From Trypanosoma brucei (lineage: Eukaryota): 64,000 nt of DNA. Within the stretch, counting starts at the first letter, position 1. Each line of letters starts with the position of its first letter. Of this stretch, positions 33,668 through 45,099 are shown one piece after another. The translations under genes and the position numbers were made by a program. A model generated the notes under the pieces. That model saw nothing but the letters and a program-made list of their open reading frames with translations. It ran no database searches and had not been told where the DNA came from. Location of the stretch: positions 800,001 to 864,000 of the forward strand of contig CM000208.1 of NCBI GenBank assembly GCA_000002445.1, written 5' to 3'.

Positions 33668-34114
33668 ATGGCGAAAGGCAGAGACAGTACTGCTCATATG
33701 CGTGAATTTATCAAACGCCTCCGAGCCCGTTCCAACGTTTCTGAAAGTCCTCAGCCGCAAGAAGGGGAAGCGCCGCCCCGTTACGCTCGCTCTGCCATTA
33801 CTGGTGAGGTAAGAGTTGTTGGTCAAAAGGGACCTCTCACAACATCGTTTCCATCACCCCACCGCCGACTGTTGAGTCATGTGGAAAATATAACTGCCAC
33901 CACCACCTCGAAGCCCGAAGAACCTCCGCTGCCTCCTGCGCTTCAAATAGTGCCGGATGCCGCGGAATGGGAGCAGAACACCGGGACAAAACAACAAAGT
34001 TGCAGGGAGAAACCCGTAAACCCGGCAGCAAAGTCGGAGCCTCGACATGGTGCGAAAAAAGTCAGCAAATCAGGGAATGCCAGCGATGTATTGGAGAGAC
34101 ACAAGAAGCGATGA
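33668..34114 (+). CDS. Small low-complexity hypothetical protein (148 aa). Uncertain.
   Basis: ATG-initiated, on the transcribed strand, inside a 4.4-kb gene-poor stretch. The composition is P/E/K/S-rich and no domain is recognisable. No clean poly-Y/AG lies directly upstream. Confidence 0.3.
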   Translation: MAKGRDSTAHMREFIKRLRARSNVSESPQPQEGEAPPRYARSAITGEVRVVGQKGPLTTSFPSPHRRLLSHVENITATTTSKPEEPPLPPALQIVPDAAEWEQNTGTKQQSCREKPVNPAAKSEPRHGAKKVSKSGNASDVLERHKKR

Positions 34115-34405
34115 AATGTCTAAGGTTGCAGCAAGCAGGAAAAAGAAGAAAAGAAAAGAGAAGAAAAGACACGAATGTTGCTCCGCGGCGCGAAAGTCTG
34201 AATATGAAACACATCAAGTATCAGAGTGATATCACAAGTTGGCGGAGTCGGGACTATTAAAGCATTGCTCTACATTTTTTCCCCCTCATCCGTGTTGTTG
34301 TGCCCTCGGTATCTTTTATAACCATTAGCGACAATGTGCGCGTGGGGGCAAATGGGTGGAGGGAAAGAACACGAGTATGTATATTTATATTTATTTATTT
34401 TATTG

Positions 34406-34441
<36 letters not shown>
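34406..34441. repeat. Compound (TA)n(TG)n microsatellite
   Basis: 'atatatatatatatatatatatgtgtgtgtgtgtgtg' within the 32.3-36.7 kb gene-poor stretch. Further (TA)n runs lie at 32726-32745, 33276-33300, 34988-35005 and 36291-36340. Confidence 0.9.
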
Positions 34442-36722
34442 AGGCTTATGTGTGTATATATGCGTGTATATACTCATACGTGTTATTGATAATGATTTTC
34501 CTCTTTTAGTTGTTGCTTTCGCTTAGTGCTGGGTTGGTGGTCAAGGTATTTAACCGTCCGCTCTCGCAGATATTTTTGTTTTTATTTTCAAAGCTGCTAT
34601 GATGTTATTTTTTTTTTTTACCATGTATATATGTATATTTATATCTTCTGTGTTTCTTGCGTCTAAAGCACTCTTTCTCAAACGATATTTTTATTCCCTG
34701 CGCGCATCGTCATTGGTATAATGCTTTCCTTCATTTAGCCTCGGATACTATTGTTTATGAGCACGTGGCAGTATCTTTTTTTTTTTTTACAAAAAGAAAA
34801 AGAAAAAGAGAAAGCAAAGAGATGGTTGGAAGAGAAGGGGAGTAAAAGGGTGTAGAGAGAGAGAAAGAGAGAAATGGACCGAGACTATTAGTTATAATCA
34901 GATGGAGAATTTATTTCATCCTTTTTTTTCTCATTTTTGTACCCCTTCCTGAATGTTATCTTCTAGTCAATGTTTTTTTTTATACAAATATATATATATA
35001 TATATGTATTTATATACGCTTATTTTTACTTTATTTTTCTTTTTGCTAGAATCTTTATTATTATTATTTGTGATTTTATGATGTGTGTCGTTTTTTCTTC
35101 TTTTCTTTTTGCATTTCAGTCGCTATCTTTTCCACGCGGTGGTGTTTGTACATTTTTGTCTGGTGATGCTAAAATACTGAGAATATTTTGTACAACTCGT
35201 CGCCACTCAAAGCTTCATCATGTGTATTGCAATTATTATTTATGCTTTGTCACGCTCTTTTATTATTATTATTCCCACACTATATTAATAAAGAAAAACG
35301 ATTATTTGTTTCTTTTTTTTTAAAAAAAAGCGGAAAAAAAGACAGTTTTTGCGTGCGTTTCCCTTTTTTTTGTTGTTGTTGTTGCTTTGTCATATCATTT
35401 TTTTTGACTACCCTCATTTTTTTTTATTTCTTCTGTTGTATGAGTGAGACAGAGGAGGGTAGTTGTTGCTCTTTTTTGTTTTTTTTCGTTTTCCCTTTCA
35501 CGTGTTGTTATACCTTTCAAGTCCTTTTTTCTTTTTTTTTTTTTAAAGGATAATAAAGGATTTGAGATGATGCTATTTGTATATATTTTCGTATTTGTCT
35601 TCTGTTTTTTTTTCTTTTCAGTTGCTTCAGGGAAGTTCCCCGGATGTGACTGCTGGATTTTCGTCGTAGTCTTTATTATTCCTTTTCCTTTTTCCTCATT
35701 TCCATCCTTCTGTCTCGCAGCATCGGTGATTTAAAAAAAAAAAAGAAATAGCAACCGATAAGTTATGGTGTGAGGGAGATTAGTTAGTGATGGAATGGGG
35801 ACGGGATGTGTTGGAGAAGTGATAATAATAAAAGAAAGAGATTAAATTTAATAAATACAAAAAAAAAAGCGACGGTGCAAGTGTATTCATGTAAAAGTAA
35901 TCCGTATCGCTGTTGGAGACAATATTCTCACCTTTTTTGTCTCCCTTCTTTTTTTTTAAAAAAAAAAACAATATGCTTTAACCATATTCCCACTAAATCA
36001 ATGACTAACTGACTACCTGTTTGTTTCCTCCTCATTTTTGCTATACGCATGTTTCCCTTCTTTTCTTTTCTCTTTTCCTTTCCTTTTTGTTTTGATTTAT
36101 TCTCTACTCACCATTCAGGTTCTTTGCATATAGATGTTCATATAAGGAATCTGATATGTGGTCAGGTAATTTTGACTAATGGTAGTAACATCCACATTTT
36201 ATGGACTCTTTCTTAATTATTTTTTTCTTTAAATAGTTTAACTACTCTGCGAGTGGACATTGCGAGAATTATTGAACCCTTGGCTAATAGATATATATTA
36301 TATGTATAAATAATATATATATATATATAATATATATTCATGTAATTTGTTTCGCCTGTGTGTTGCACTGGTACAGACCACCATAACTGATGTTACTACT
36401 AATGACAGTATTATTGTTGTCTCTACCTGCCACCTTTTTTTCTTTCTTTTTTTTTAAATACATTTTTTTTTTCCTGCACAGTCTTTTGACTCACGCGGAT
36501 ACGTGGTGAGGCATACAAGAGGAAGTTTTTTTTTTTAAAAAAAAGGGAGGAGGAAACTTGGAAGACGAAGGAAGGAGCTAAGAGTAGGCGAGGGAAGTAG
36601 AATTTGAGGCGTGTACGTATATTTGTGTGTGACAATAATAACATCGATATAAAAGGAAAACGAGTTGGAAACGGTTACGAGTAGGTTGACAGGAACAGGC
36701 GGAGGTCAAGTGATTAAGCTGT

Positions 36723-36751
36723 GTTTTTTTTTTTTTACACGCAACATAATA
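36723..36751 (+). promoter_or_regulatory. T16 poly-pyrimidine run immediately 5' of the kinase ATG
   Basis: 'gtgtttttttttttttttacacgcaacataata' precedes ATG 36752. The GTG/TTG-initiated extension in the ORF track spans this tract. Confidence 0.4.
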
Positions 36752-37873
36752 ATGAACAGTAATGCTCCGCTTATCTTTGATGTGCCTCCTGTGTTTAAGG
36801 TGGAGTCCATAATTGGGCAAGGCTCATACGGTGTGGTTTGCAAGGCGTTGTATGGAATTGATCAAATTGCCATCAAGAAAATACCGAACTACACGAAAAG
36901 TGACGAGACCGCGCGGCGTGTGTTACGTGAAATAGAAATTTTACAGAACTTACAGTTCTGCGAGCAGGTCGTAGAGTGCCGACTTCTTTTTCGGCCGACT
37001 AGTCGTGAAAAGGATGTGTATGTCGTAATGAACTTTCTTCCTTCTGACCTCTCCTCCGTTATCAAGAACAAATCCGTCCCGCTCAATGAGAAAATTATCT
37101 GCTACATTACATGTCAACTTTTACTAGCTCTTCGTGCCATGCACCGCTGTAATGTACTTCACCGTGACTTGTCTCCACGTAACATCCTCGTCAATCACGA
37201 TTCGCAGGTATTTGTGTGTGATTTCGGTCTCAGTCGTTTCTTTGATCCCGACGAGCAATTGTCATTTGGTGTTGTAACGCAGTGGTATCGGGCGCCAGAG
37301 ATTATTTTGGATGCCGAGTACGACGCTGCCAATGATATTTGGGGCGTTGGCGTTATCGTGTGTGAGTTGGTGCTCAGACGTCATCTTTTCCCTGGAAAGT
37401 GGAACGACTCTGCGGATCAACTTAATCACATCTTCCACCTTGTTGGCACCCCGCCAGCATCTGTGTTTGAGCAGGGGCAACCGTTTGCTAGGGCTTCTGC
37501 GAATGCAAGAAAATATGCTCTTTCTGTTGTGGAGAAGAAACCGTGCTCTCCGATGTTGCAGGAGTTGCTGAGAAGTTCACCACTTTTTCAGAGCAATGAG
37601 GTGGAGTCGCATTCGGTGATTGACCTTGCCGTAAAGCTTCTTTCATTTAACCCACGTGACAGACCGACAGCTGATGATGCGTTGCGTCACCCATGGTTTG
37701 ATCAGTTTCGCTCCTTCATTGGTGAAATGATTGAGACTCAGGACGGTCACGGTGTGGGGACTATGCAACTTTCAGCCTGTGGTACACTTCCTGTGGAGGA
37801 TGTGGTGAAGAGGATCGAGGAACTCGTTCCAATTTTCTCACAAGACCTACTAGTTAGCGATGATGAGGATTGA
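36752..37873 (+). CDS. CMGC-group (MAPK/CDK-like) serine/threonine protein kinase with a non-canonical catalytic loop
   Basis: Track start 36665 is TTG. The first ATG, 36752, follows a T16 tract. Gly-loop 'IGQGSYGVVCKA', 'IAIKKI', catalytic loop 'HRDLSPRNILV', 'VCDFGLSRFF', and 'QWYRAPEIIL' (CMGC-type) and 'DIWGVGVIVCEL' are present. No TxY dual-phosphorylation motif. Confidence 0.8.
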   Translation: MNSNAPLIFDVPPVFKVESIIGQGSYGVVCKALYGIDQIAIKKIPNYTKSDETARRVLREIEILQNLQFCEQVVECRLLFRPTSREKDVYVVMNFLPSDLSSVIKNKSVPLNEKIICYITCQLLLALRAMHRCNVLHRDLSPRNILVNHDSQVFVCDFGLSRFFDPDEQLSFGVVTQWYRAPEIILDAEYDAANDIWGVGVIVCELVLRRHLFPGKWNDSADQLNHIFHLVGTPPASVFEQGQPFARASANARKYALSVVEKKPCSPMLQELLRSSPLFQSNEVESHSVIDLAVKLLSFNPRDRPTADDALRHPWFDQFRSFIGEMIETQDGHGVGTMQLSACGTLPVEDVVKRIEELVPIFSQDLLVSDDED

Positions 37874-39079
37874 GAAGTGTATTGTGGGTCTTTCGGTACT
37901 ATTACTTTTATTATTTTTATTATTATCATCAATTATTTTTAATGTTTTATTATTCTCGTTTTCCCCCTTTGCTTTGTTTTACTTTACTCTGCTTTGTTCT
38001 GTTCTGTTCTGTTTTATTTTTATTTTTCTTTTTTATCTTTATCTCTGTGTCTGTGCATTTCTTTCTTCTCCATTGTCACGAGAGAACACATGGATATCGG
38101 TCGTTATTTAATAACGCATGTAAAGGGAAGAGATCGCCCCATTTCCCCGAGTTTTATACCCTTTACTGCATGTTTGTTTTCCGTTTTCCCACACCTCTGA
38201 GCGTACCGCCACACGTTCAATTTTTTTCTTTCTTCTCTTCCTCCATCTGAGAAGCCTCCTTATTTTTTTGTTTCTTAAAGAAACCACCACCGAAAGTAAG
38301 ACACAAGAAACAGGAGAGGGAGGAGTGAACAGTAGTTGGCATTTCATGCAAATAAACAAAACAAGGCTTTTCTTTTCTTTTTTTCTTTTCCTTTTCCTTC
38401 AATTTAAAGATAAACAAAAAGCAAAAGATGAGTTTTTTTTTCCTTAAAAAGAAAAAAGAAAAACAACAACAGCTGTACTGAAAAGCAACCTCATTGGTGT
38501 CAGCACTCGCAAGCAGCAGTAATGAGGCTTAACGTGCACACCAGTGGTGATGGCGGAGGTTTTCATTGGATGTTCCATCCTCTTCTGTTTTGTTTTGTTT
38601 TCCGTCTCTGGACTAAAGGAGACTCGATTAAAATTCTTCCTGTCTGCCTTTCTGTCTCTCCCTCTTTTTTTATTATGACATTAAACCACACCGTCAGTAC
38701 ATTTTTGCTTTGTTTTTCCATTCGATGTCTCGTGTCGTTCTGGTCAGCGATTACTTACTTTCTTTCGGATTTTATCTCTTTGTCTCTCCCTTTGTGTGTC
38801 TTTGTGTGTGTGCTTCACGACATTTCCGTATTATTATGCAATTTATTCTATTTAGGGCGCCTGCACTACGCGCACTCCAAACAAAGCAAGTGGGAGGGTA
38901 AAGGTGGTGAGGAGGGGTGGTGGTGAAGGGGAAGGAGAAAAGAAAAAGAAAAGAAAAGAGCAGACATAATAGCGAAAGCAAAAACAGTAACAGCAAATAA
39001 CGATCCATTGTAGGGTTGCTGCAATCTGCGTACAAGTTATATTAGCGTTCAAGCATAGACTGGCAACGTCAGGATCACG

Positions 39080-40003
39080 ATGCGATGTAGTTGCGCTTTT
39101 CTTGATAAGTCCGTGTTTGCGGCGAAGCGGCGTGTAATTGTGCCTATCCACCCGACACCGAACTTTCCTGCACATTTCATCAAATCAGCCTTCACAACAG
39201 ACCCGTTGAAGGAAAAGCAGAAGGCGCGTTTTTCCTCCGGTGGTGAGGCCATGCGTGAGGTTCAGGATATTCCCAAGAACCTCGAGGGTGAGCGATCAAG
39301 GCGGGACCTGGCCAGTCGCGGCGACACCGAGTTCCAAGCTCTTGTGGAATTCATAGAAGGTGCTTCATACGATCAACTTATCTCGGGGCGACGGTTTAAA
39401 AAGGTATATGACGTTTTATCGGAAAATGATGACATGTTCATTTGGTTGTGTCACACGGCAATGTCTGTCCTGAACCCAGGCGACATGCGGTCTCGCTTGA
39501 TATATAACCATCTGCGCATACTGGCAGAATCTGTCGCAAGTGGTGAGATGACTCAACGGACGGCGTTTCGCTTCTTTGAATCGGCAGTGCGCAGCCCAGC
39601 TTACCGTGAAATCGCAAAGCGGCAGCTCGAAGGTGGAGCGGCAACGCGACTCGCTGGCATTTCTGCAGCAGCAGACGTGATGCGACGAATGGGTCTTACA
39701 CGGCGGCCTATGTCATCATACTTTGAGTTGTATCAGCGGATTGTGGAGCGCTCCGAAGCCATGACACCGTGGGGATTTCCTCCATTGTTTCAATTTGAGG
39801 AGCGACTGTCGCTGGAGCCGCGGTTAAAGTTTTTCTCCCGTGCATCGCAACAATCACTTGAGCGGCGGCGGCGGGGGCATGTGATGACACCACACACAGC
39901 ACTTCACGGGCGACGCATATTCTGGATTCCACCCACGTGGAATCGTGCCGGTCGGTTCCTTGGCCCCCATGTGACACTTTACCCGGGAATGACTCCAGAT
40001 TGA
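39080..40003 (+). CDS. Conserved hypothetical protein (307 aa)
   Basis: True ATG. Uninterrupted + strand ORF, predicted helical, no recognisable domain. Confidence 0.5.
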   Translation: MRCSCAFLDKSVFAAKRRVIVPIHPTPNFPAHFIKSAFTTDPLKEKQKARFSSGGEAMREVQDIPKNLEGERSRRDLASRGDTEFQALVEFIEGASYDQLISGRRFKKVYDVLSENDDMFIWLCHTAMSVLNPGDMRSRLIYNHLRILAESVASGEMTQRTAFRFFESAVRSPAYREIAKRQLEGGAATRLAGISAAADVMRRMGLTRRPMSSYFELYQRIVERSEAMTPWGFPPLFQFEERLSLEPRLKFFSRASQQSLERRRRGHVMTPHTALHGRRIFWIPPTWNRAGRFLGPHVTLYPGMTPD

Positions 40004-40585
40004 AGGTCTTGTATTTGTATTTTCGCAGTGGTGTAGTGGTGGATGTTGTAGGGATGAGAGAGGTGATGCAGGGAAGTGAAACAAAGGCCAATCTGCGTTA
40101 TTGTTGCGCCTTACTCTCACCTGTGAATACTGTTCGGGTTGTTTTTGTTTTGTGAAGCAACACCTTTCAGCACCTATTATTTACCTCCGACCCATTTGGT
40201 GGAACCGGCAGCGGAATGTAACGGCACATTACATTTTTTTGTTTTTGCGCAATCACAAAGGACTTTCTTGTATCTTTCACTGCTTTTCTTTTTTTGGACC
40301 CGACTCTTCTTCTCCCTTACACTCTTTACGATATCTTTTTTTTTTTCGTTTTTCTGGTTTCCGTTCTGTAAATAACCTTCAAATTGACTTTTCGCTAATA
40401 TTGTGCCTTTCAGCTGAGGAAAACCACCGAAAGAAAGGGGAAGGGAGGACACGTCAAGAAGAGAAGAATAGAAGGTAAAGGCTCGTAAAAACAAAGTTGC
40501 AAATAATACATAGCGTGTGACGTAGGCAAGCCGCAGAGTAATCATCGGCGAGTCGCAATCGCACGTTGTTTAAAGAACAAAAAAA

Positions 40586-42697
40586 ATGGGTGGCTGCGTT
40601 GCATCCCTTATTGAGAGCAGAAACACAAAATCTCTTGTCGATAACGATGACATTCTGCAATACAACAAACTGCCATGCCAAATCCGTGTAGTTGCGGGAA
40701 CAGAACGGGAGGATGCATCACCGGTCTACCGTAAGTTTGACGTTACTGATGAGGATTTCGAAAAGATGTCACATGATGCGTACCATGGGGAGCCACTAAT
40801 ACAACTAATCCGTGAGATTTGTGGGCTACGGGGGGAGAAGGTTGCAATGGCCTACCGCAATATGCAGCGGGTAGAGAGAAATGTGGTGAAGGATGCGAGC
40901 GGCAAGTCAAAAACGATGGATATGTATGTTTTCTCACCGGGGCGCCGAAATATAAGCTATAAGCAGCTTTGGGAAACCGTCGAAAATTTTTCTAAAGGTC
41001 TCTGTGAAATTGGGCTTCAGGAGCGACAATGCCTTGCTCTGTTTGAAGAGACGCGTTGGGAGTGGTATGCGTCGTTGCTTTCCGCCTGGTGCCACAACAT
41101 GATTGTGGCAACAGTGTACGCCAATCTGGGTGAGGATGCACTCCGTTACGCGTTAAGGGAAGCTCAATGCGGCTGCATCATCTGTAACGGGAAGAATGTC
41201 CCCGTACTCCTTGACAAAGTGAAGTTGAAAGAAATGGGAAATCCAGTGGTTATTTACTTGGATGATTTACCCACTAACGTAGATATTATGGACCTAAGGG
41301 TGTACAAATGGTCTACCGTGGTGGAGATGGGTGCGAAGAGCGAAAAGGCTCAGTTAAACATCCCAACTTGTGAAAATTGTGATGATACCGCTCTTATCAT
41401 GTACACAAGCGGCACTACGGGGGATCCAAAGGGTGTAGTGCACACACACGGAAGCCTTGCTAGTGGCGTCTATGCGCTCAGCATTCGACTGTCCGAAGTA
41501 TTTGGTGACCCACGAGATGACGAAACGTACTGCTCGTACCTTCCTTTGGCCCACATTATGGAACTGGCTGTGCTGTCAATCCTTATGCTCAGGGGATGCC
41601 TCATTGGTTTCGGTTCTCCTCGAACAATTACCAACACTTTTTCTAAACCACACGGTGATTTGGTCGAATATCGACCGTTTGTTCTCTCTGCTGTCCCGCG
41701 TGTGTTCGATACCATTAAAAAAAATGTTGAGGCAATGCTACCCAGTCCCGGGTCAATAAAGCGTACAGTCTTTGAAAGGGGATATCAGGCCCGTCTCAAG
41801 GCTCTGAGGGATGGGAAGGAGACTCCCTACCTCAATGAAAAAGTTTTCAATAAGGTCCGTCAGGCAACAGGTGGGAATGTGCGGCTTTACTTTTCTGGTG
41901 GGGCGCCACTGTCTCCAGCTACTCAGGAGTTCATCAACGTGGTACTGGGGACTGTTATTCAGGGTTGGGGCCTAACGGAGACTGTGTGTTGTGGAGGGAC
42001 TCAGTTCCCAGGCAGCCTCGAGTCCGAAAGTATTGGTCGGATGATCGACACTGTGGAGTTGCGCCTTCTCGACACTCCCGAATATCGGCATACGGATAAA
42101 CCAGAACCTCGTGGAGAAATTTTGTTGCGCGGGCCATTCCTCTTTAAAGAGTATTACAAACAGAAGGCCCTGACGGAGGAGGTTATTGATTCCGAGGGAT
42201 GGTTCCACACGGGTGATGTTGGCTGCGTTTCGAAAAACGGTACCTTGCGCATCATTGGTCGCGTGAAGGCCCTTGTAAAGAATTCCAACGGCGAGTATTT
42301 GGCTTTGGAGTCCTTGGAGGCCACTTACGGGCAAAACAAGTTGTGCACACCAAACGGCGTGTGTGTGCTCGTTCATCCACAGCGCAGTTATATAGCTGCA
42401 CTGGCCCTCACAACAGAGCAACTTATCATGCCCTTCGCAAAGGAGCATAAAATCCGCGGAACATATCCCGAGATACTCGAAAATGTTGAACTCCGCAAGA
42501 AGGTGTGTGAATCATTTCAAGAAACTGGAAGGGCCGCTGGAAAGAAAAGCTTCGAAATTGTGCGGGACGTGCGCCTACTGAGTGATGAATGGACCCCAGA
42601 AAATGGGGTTCTAACAGCGGCCGCCAAGTTGAAGAGGCGAATCATTGATGAACGTTACAAAGAACTGATCGAAGAGATATTCCGCAATGATGTTTGA
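40586..42697 (+). CDS. Long-chain fatty acyl-CoA synthetase (ANL superfamily), with an N-terminal MGGC acylation signal
   Basis: True ATG. AMP-binding motif 'YTSGTTGDPKGVVHTHGS', 'GWGLTET', 'WFHTGDVG', 'GRVKALVKNSNGEYL' and C-terminal 'AAAKLKRRII' are typical of eukaryotic LACS. The N-terminus is 'MGGCVAS'. Confidence 0.85.
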   Translation: MGGCVASLIESRNTKSLVDNDDILQYNKLPCQIRVVAGTEREDASPVYRKFDVTDEDFEKMSHDAYHGEPLIQLIREICGLRGEKVAMAYRNMQRVERNVVKDASGKSKTMDMYVFSPGRRNISYKQLWETVENFSKGLCEIGLQERQCLALFEETRWEWYASLLSAWCHNMIVATVYANLGEDALRYALREAQCGCIICNGKNVPVLLDKVKLKEMGNPVVIYLDDLPTNVDIMDLRVYKWSTVVEMGAKSEKAQLNIPTCENCDDTALIMYTSGTTGDPKGVVHTHGSLASGVYALSIRLSEVFGDPRDDETYCSYLPLAHIMELAVLSILMLRGCLIGFGSPRTITNTFSKPHGDLVEYRPFVLSAVPRVFDTIKKNVEAMLPSPGSIKRTVFERGYQARLKALRDGKETPYLNEKVFNKVRQATGGNVRLYFSGGAPLSPATQEFINVVLGTVIQGWGLTETVCCGGTQFPGSLESESIGRMIDTVELRLLDTPEYRHTDKPEPRGEILLRGPFLFKEYYKQKALTEEVIDSEGWFHTGDVGCVSKNGTLRIIGRVKALVKNSNGEYLALESLEATYGQNKLCTPNGVCVLVHPQRSYIAALALTTEQLIMPFAKEHKIRGTYPEILENVELRKKVCESFQETGRAAGKKSFEIVRDVRLLSDEWTPENGVLTAAAKLKRRIIDERYKELIEEIFRNDV

Positions 42698-43673
42698 TGT
42701 TTTCCTCCTTTTTACTTTTTTTTTGTCACTTCGTTATTTATTTTACGTTTGCGACTTTTCTCACTTCGTTTCTTTGGTCTCATTTTTTTTGTTTTCCCAT
42801 ATTACCTCTCCCTCACCTCTACCAAACTATTCTTTTCCTACCCTTTTTTTCACCTCATCTTTCATTTTCATTCAACTTCATTTTCGCCTTCTCCGAAATC
42901 TACTTTTTTTTCCCCCTCTCTCGTTTCATCGCGTTTTGTTTTTCTCGTCTTTTCGATTATCGTACTTGTACTAATGAGTCAAGTGGTTTGCTGTTACGTT
43001 TCTTTGCATTTGTAAAACCGTGTGTGCGTATGCGATTACCTTCCTACCGTTTCTCCTCCTTCACTGATTCTTCTTTTTTTTTTGTTTCACCCCTTCGATT
43101 CCACCCTTTCACTGTACCAATGCCACACATGTGGTGGCGAGATGCTCATTTTTTCTTTTTTGTTGAGAGTTGTGCCTGTCCCACCCGCGGTTCTATTTTT
43201 TTTTGTTTCTTACCCCCTTTTTTTCTTTTTCTTTATTGCCTTCATTTTTTCGTACCTTTACTTTGATTTTTTTTTCTTCTTTCGGTTACCGACAGGCGGA
43301 AAGTTAACTTTCTTCTCCATTCATCCTTCTGTTTCCCCCCTTATCTTTGCGTTGCTTCACATCATTCGTTGCGCGTAGTGTATGATTATTTATTTATATA
43401 TGATATATGTAAAGATGGGAAGGTGAAGGTGCCTGCTCGCGTTTTTCAAAGGAAAAAAAATAAATAAAAGGGAAGAGAACTTCAATTAACTTTTTTTCTC
43501 ATTTGTTCGTAAACCGTTTGCATTCATAGGGGGTTGCATGTGGCAGGTCACTAAAGATATGACGCAGGGAGAGAAAAAAAAAGGGGAAGGTTTGTATGTA
43601 AAACTGCTGAGGTGAAGGAAAGAAACTAAATTAATATTGAAAAGAGAGAAGCCTTAGGGGAAAAAGGGAATTG

Positions 43674-43692
43674 AGAGAGAGAGAGAGAGAGA
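43674..43692. repeat. (GA)n microsatellite
   Basis: 'gagagagagagagagagag' in the LACS downstream region. Confidence 0.9.
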
Positions 43693-44665
43693 CAACTGAG
43701 AGATGAATTAATACTGGAAAGAAATACTACAAGCGTACACACACGTGCAAAGAAAAAAAAGAAAAAAAAGAAGGAAAGGTTCGTGGGTTAGAGTGATCAA
43801 CTCTGAAACCAGGGAGGCAACTGGGGAAAACGTGATTTACCTTTTTTTTTTTTTGTTTTCCCTTCCCACCATTTCTGTTTGTTAGCAGCAGTGGATTCAC
43901 CAAATGGTCACGGGAATCATAGTGTGAGTAGTGACAAAAAAAACGGATAAGAAAAAGAAAACAGATGAATCAAATGCAATTAGAAGAAAAAAAAAAGGCA
44001 AAGGTGAGAGGAAAGAACCATATTTGAGAAATACCATAAGTGATAATGTTGTGCATGGTTTATTCTTATTCTTCTTCCGTGGTTCCTCTTCTGTAAATAT
44101 GGAGGGTGATTAGTAACGAGAAAAGGGAAACATATGGAGTGACGGAGGAAAATGTGCGGAAGGGGGGTGTTTATATACATATATTATTTTGCTTTCGTTA
44201 GAGGTTCGCTCAAGAAGAGGATGAGTGACTTCAACTTTCACAATGTACACACGTTGCAATCGTTGTGTCTGATGATGTCACTTGGGGGGGGGTTTTAGGG
44301 AGAGGTGAGGAGAGGACGTGGACGAAAAAGAGTAGTGTTGCTTAACCACGGTGTTGGGTTACCCACTACCATAACTGTTCCCTTTTGTTTTGTTTTTGTG
44401 GTTTAGCCTCTTTACGCCCTTTTTTTTCCCCCTACTTTTTCATGTTCATTATTTTGTCCTGTATAATTTTTTTCCCCGTCGAGCACTAACTCGTGCATCC
44501 ATGTACATGTGTGTGCATGTGCATATATATATATATATATATATATTGTTAATTTATATACGGCAATAAATCCCTTAAGTACACGCTAATATGATGACTT
44601 GTCTTCTCTTTTAGTCCTTCCTGTTACCCAAATGTTTACGGCGACTTTTAGTGTTGCTGAGGGCC

Positions 44666-45099
44666 GTGTGTGTATACGTCTGTGTGTGTGTGCGTGTGAT
44701 CGAAAGGATGTTGAGAGGAAGATGATTAAGGGAATTGTAGTGTTTGATTTGTCCGGTTGTTGGGCTCCTCCATCTTTTTTCAGAAGCCCATACCTGAGGT
44801 AATTACAAAAGTGGGAGAGGGCTGGCACCACTGGGACACAAATACACACACACACACACACACCTCGTACAAATACAACCACAAACGCCAATGTGAAGTT
44901 GACGGCATCCGAAGAGGCGTGAGATGGATATGAAGAGACTACCGTAATCATAGGTTTGTTTGTTTGTTTTTTTAGGTATGAATGTTCTTTTCCTTCTTCC
45001 ATTGCAGCGCTGTGTGTAGGTGAGGTGATGGAAACAGTCACCACGTGGTGTTTGTGTTTGTACGAGGTGTGTGTGTGTGCGTGTGTGTGTGTGTGTGTG
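44666..45099. repeat. Cluster of (GT)n, (CA)n and (GT)n microsatellites arranged as inverted repeats
   Basis: Imperfect (GT)n at 44666-44699, (CA)n at 44844-44863, and (GT)n/(GTGC) at 45067-45099. The (CA)n and the distal (GT)n are reverse complements about 200 bp apart. The minus-strand ORFs translated here (HTHTHAHTH...) are artefacts. Confidence 0.85.
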
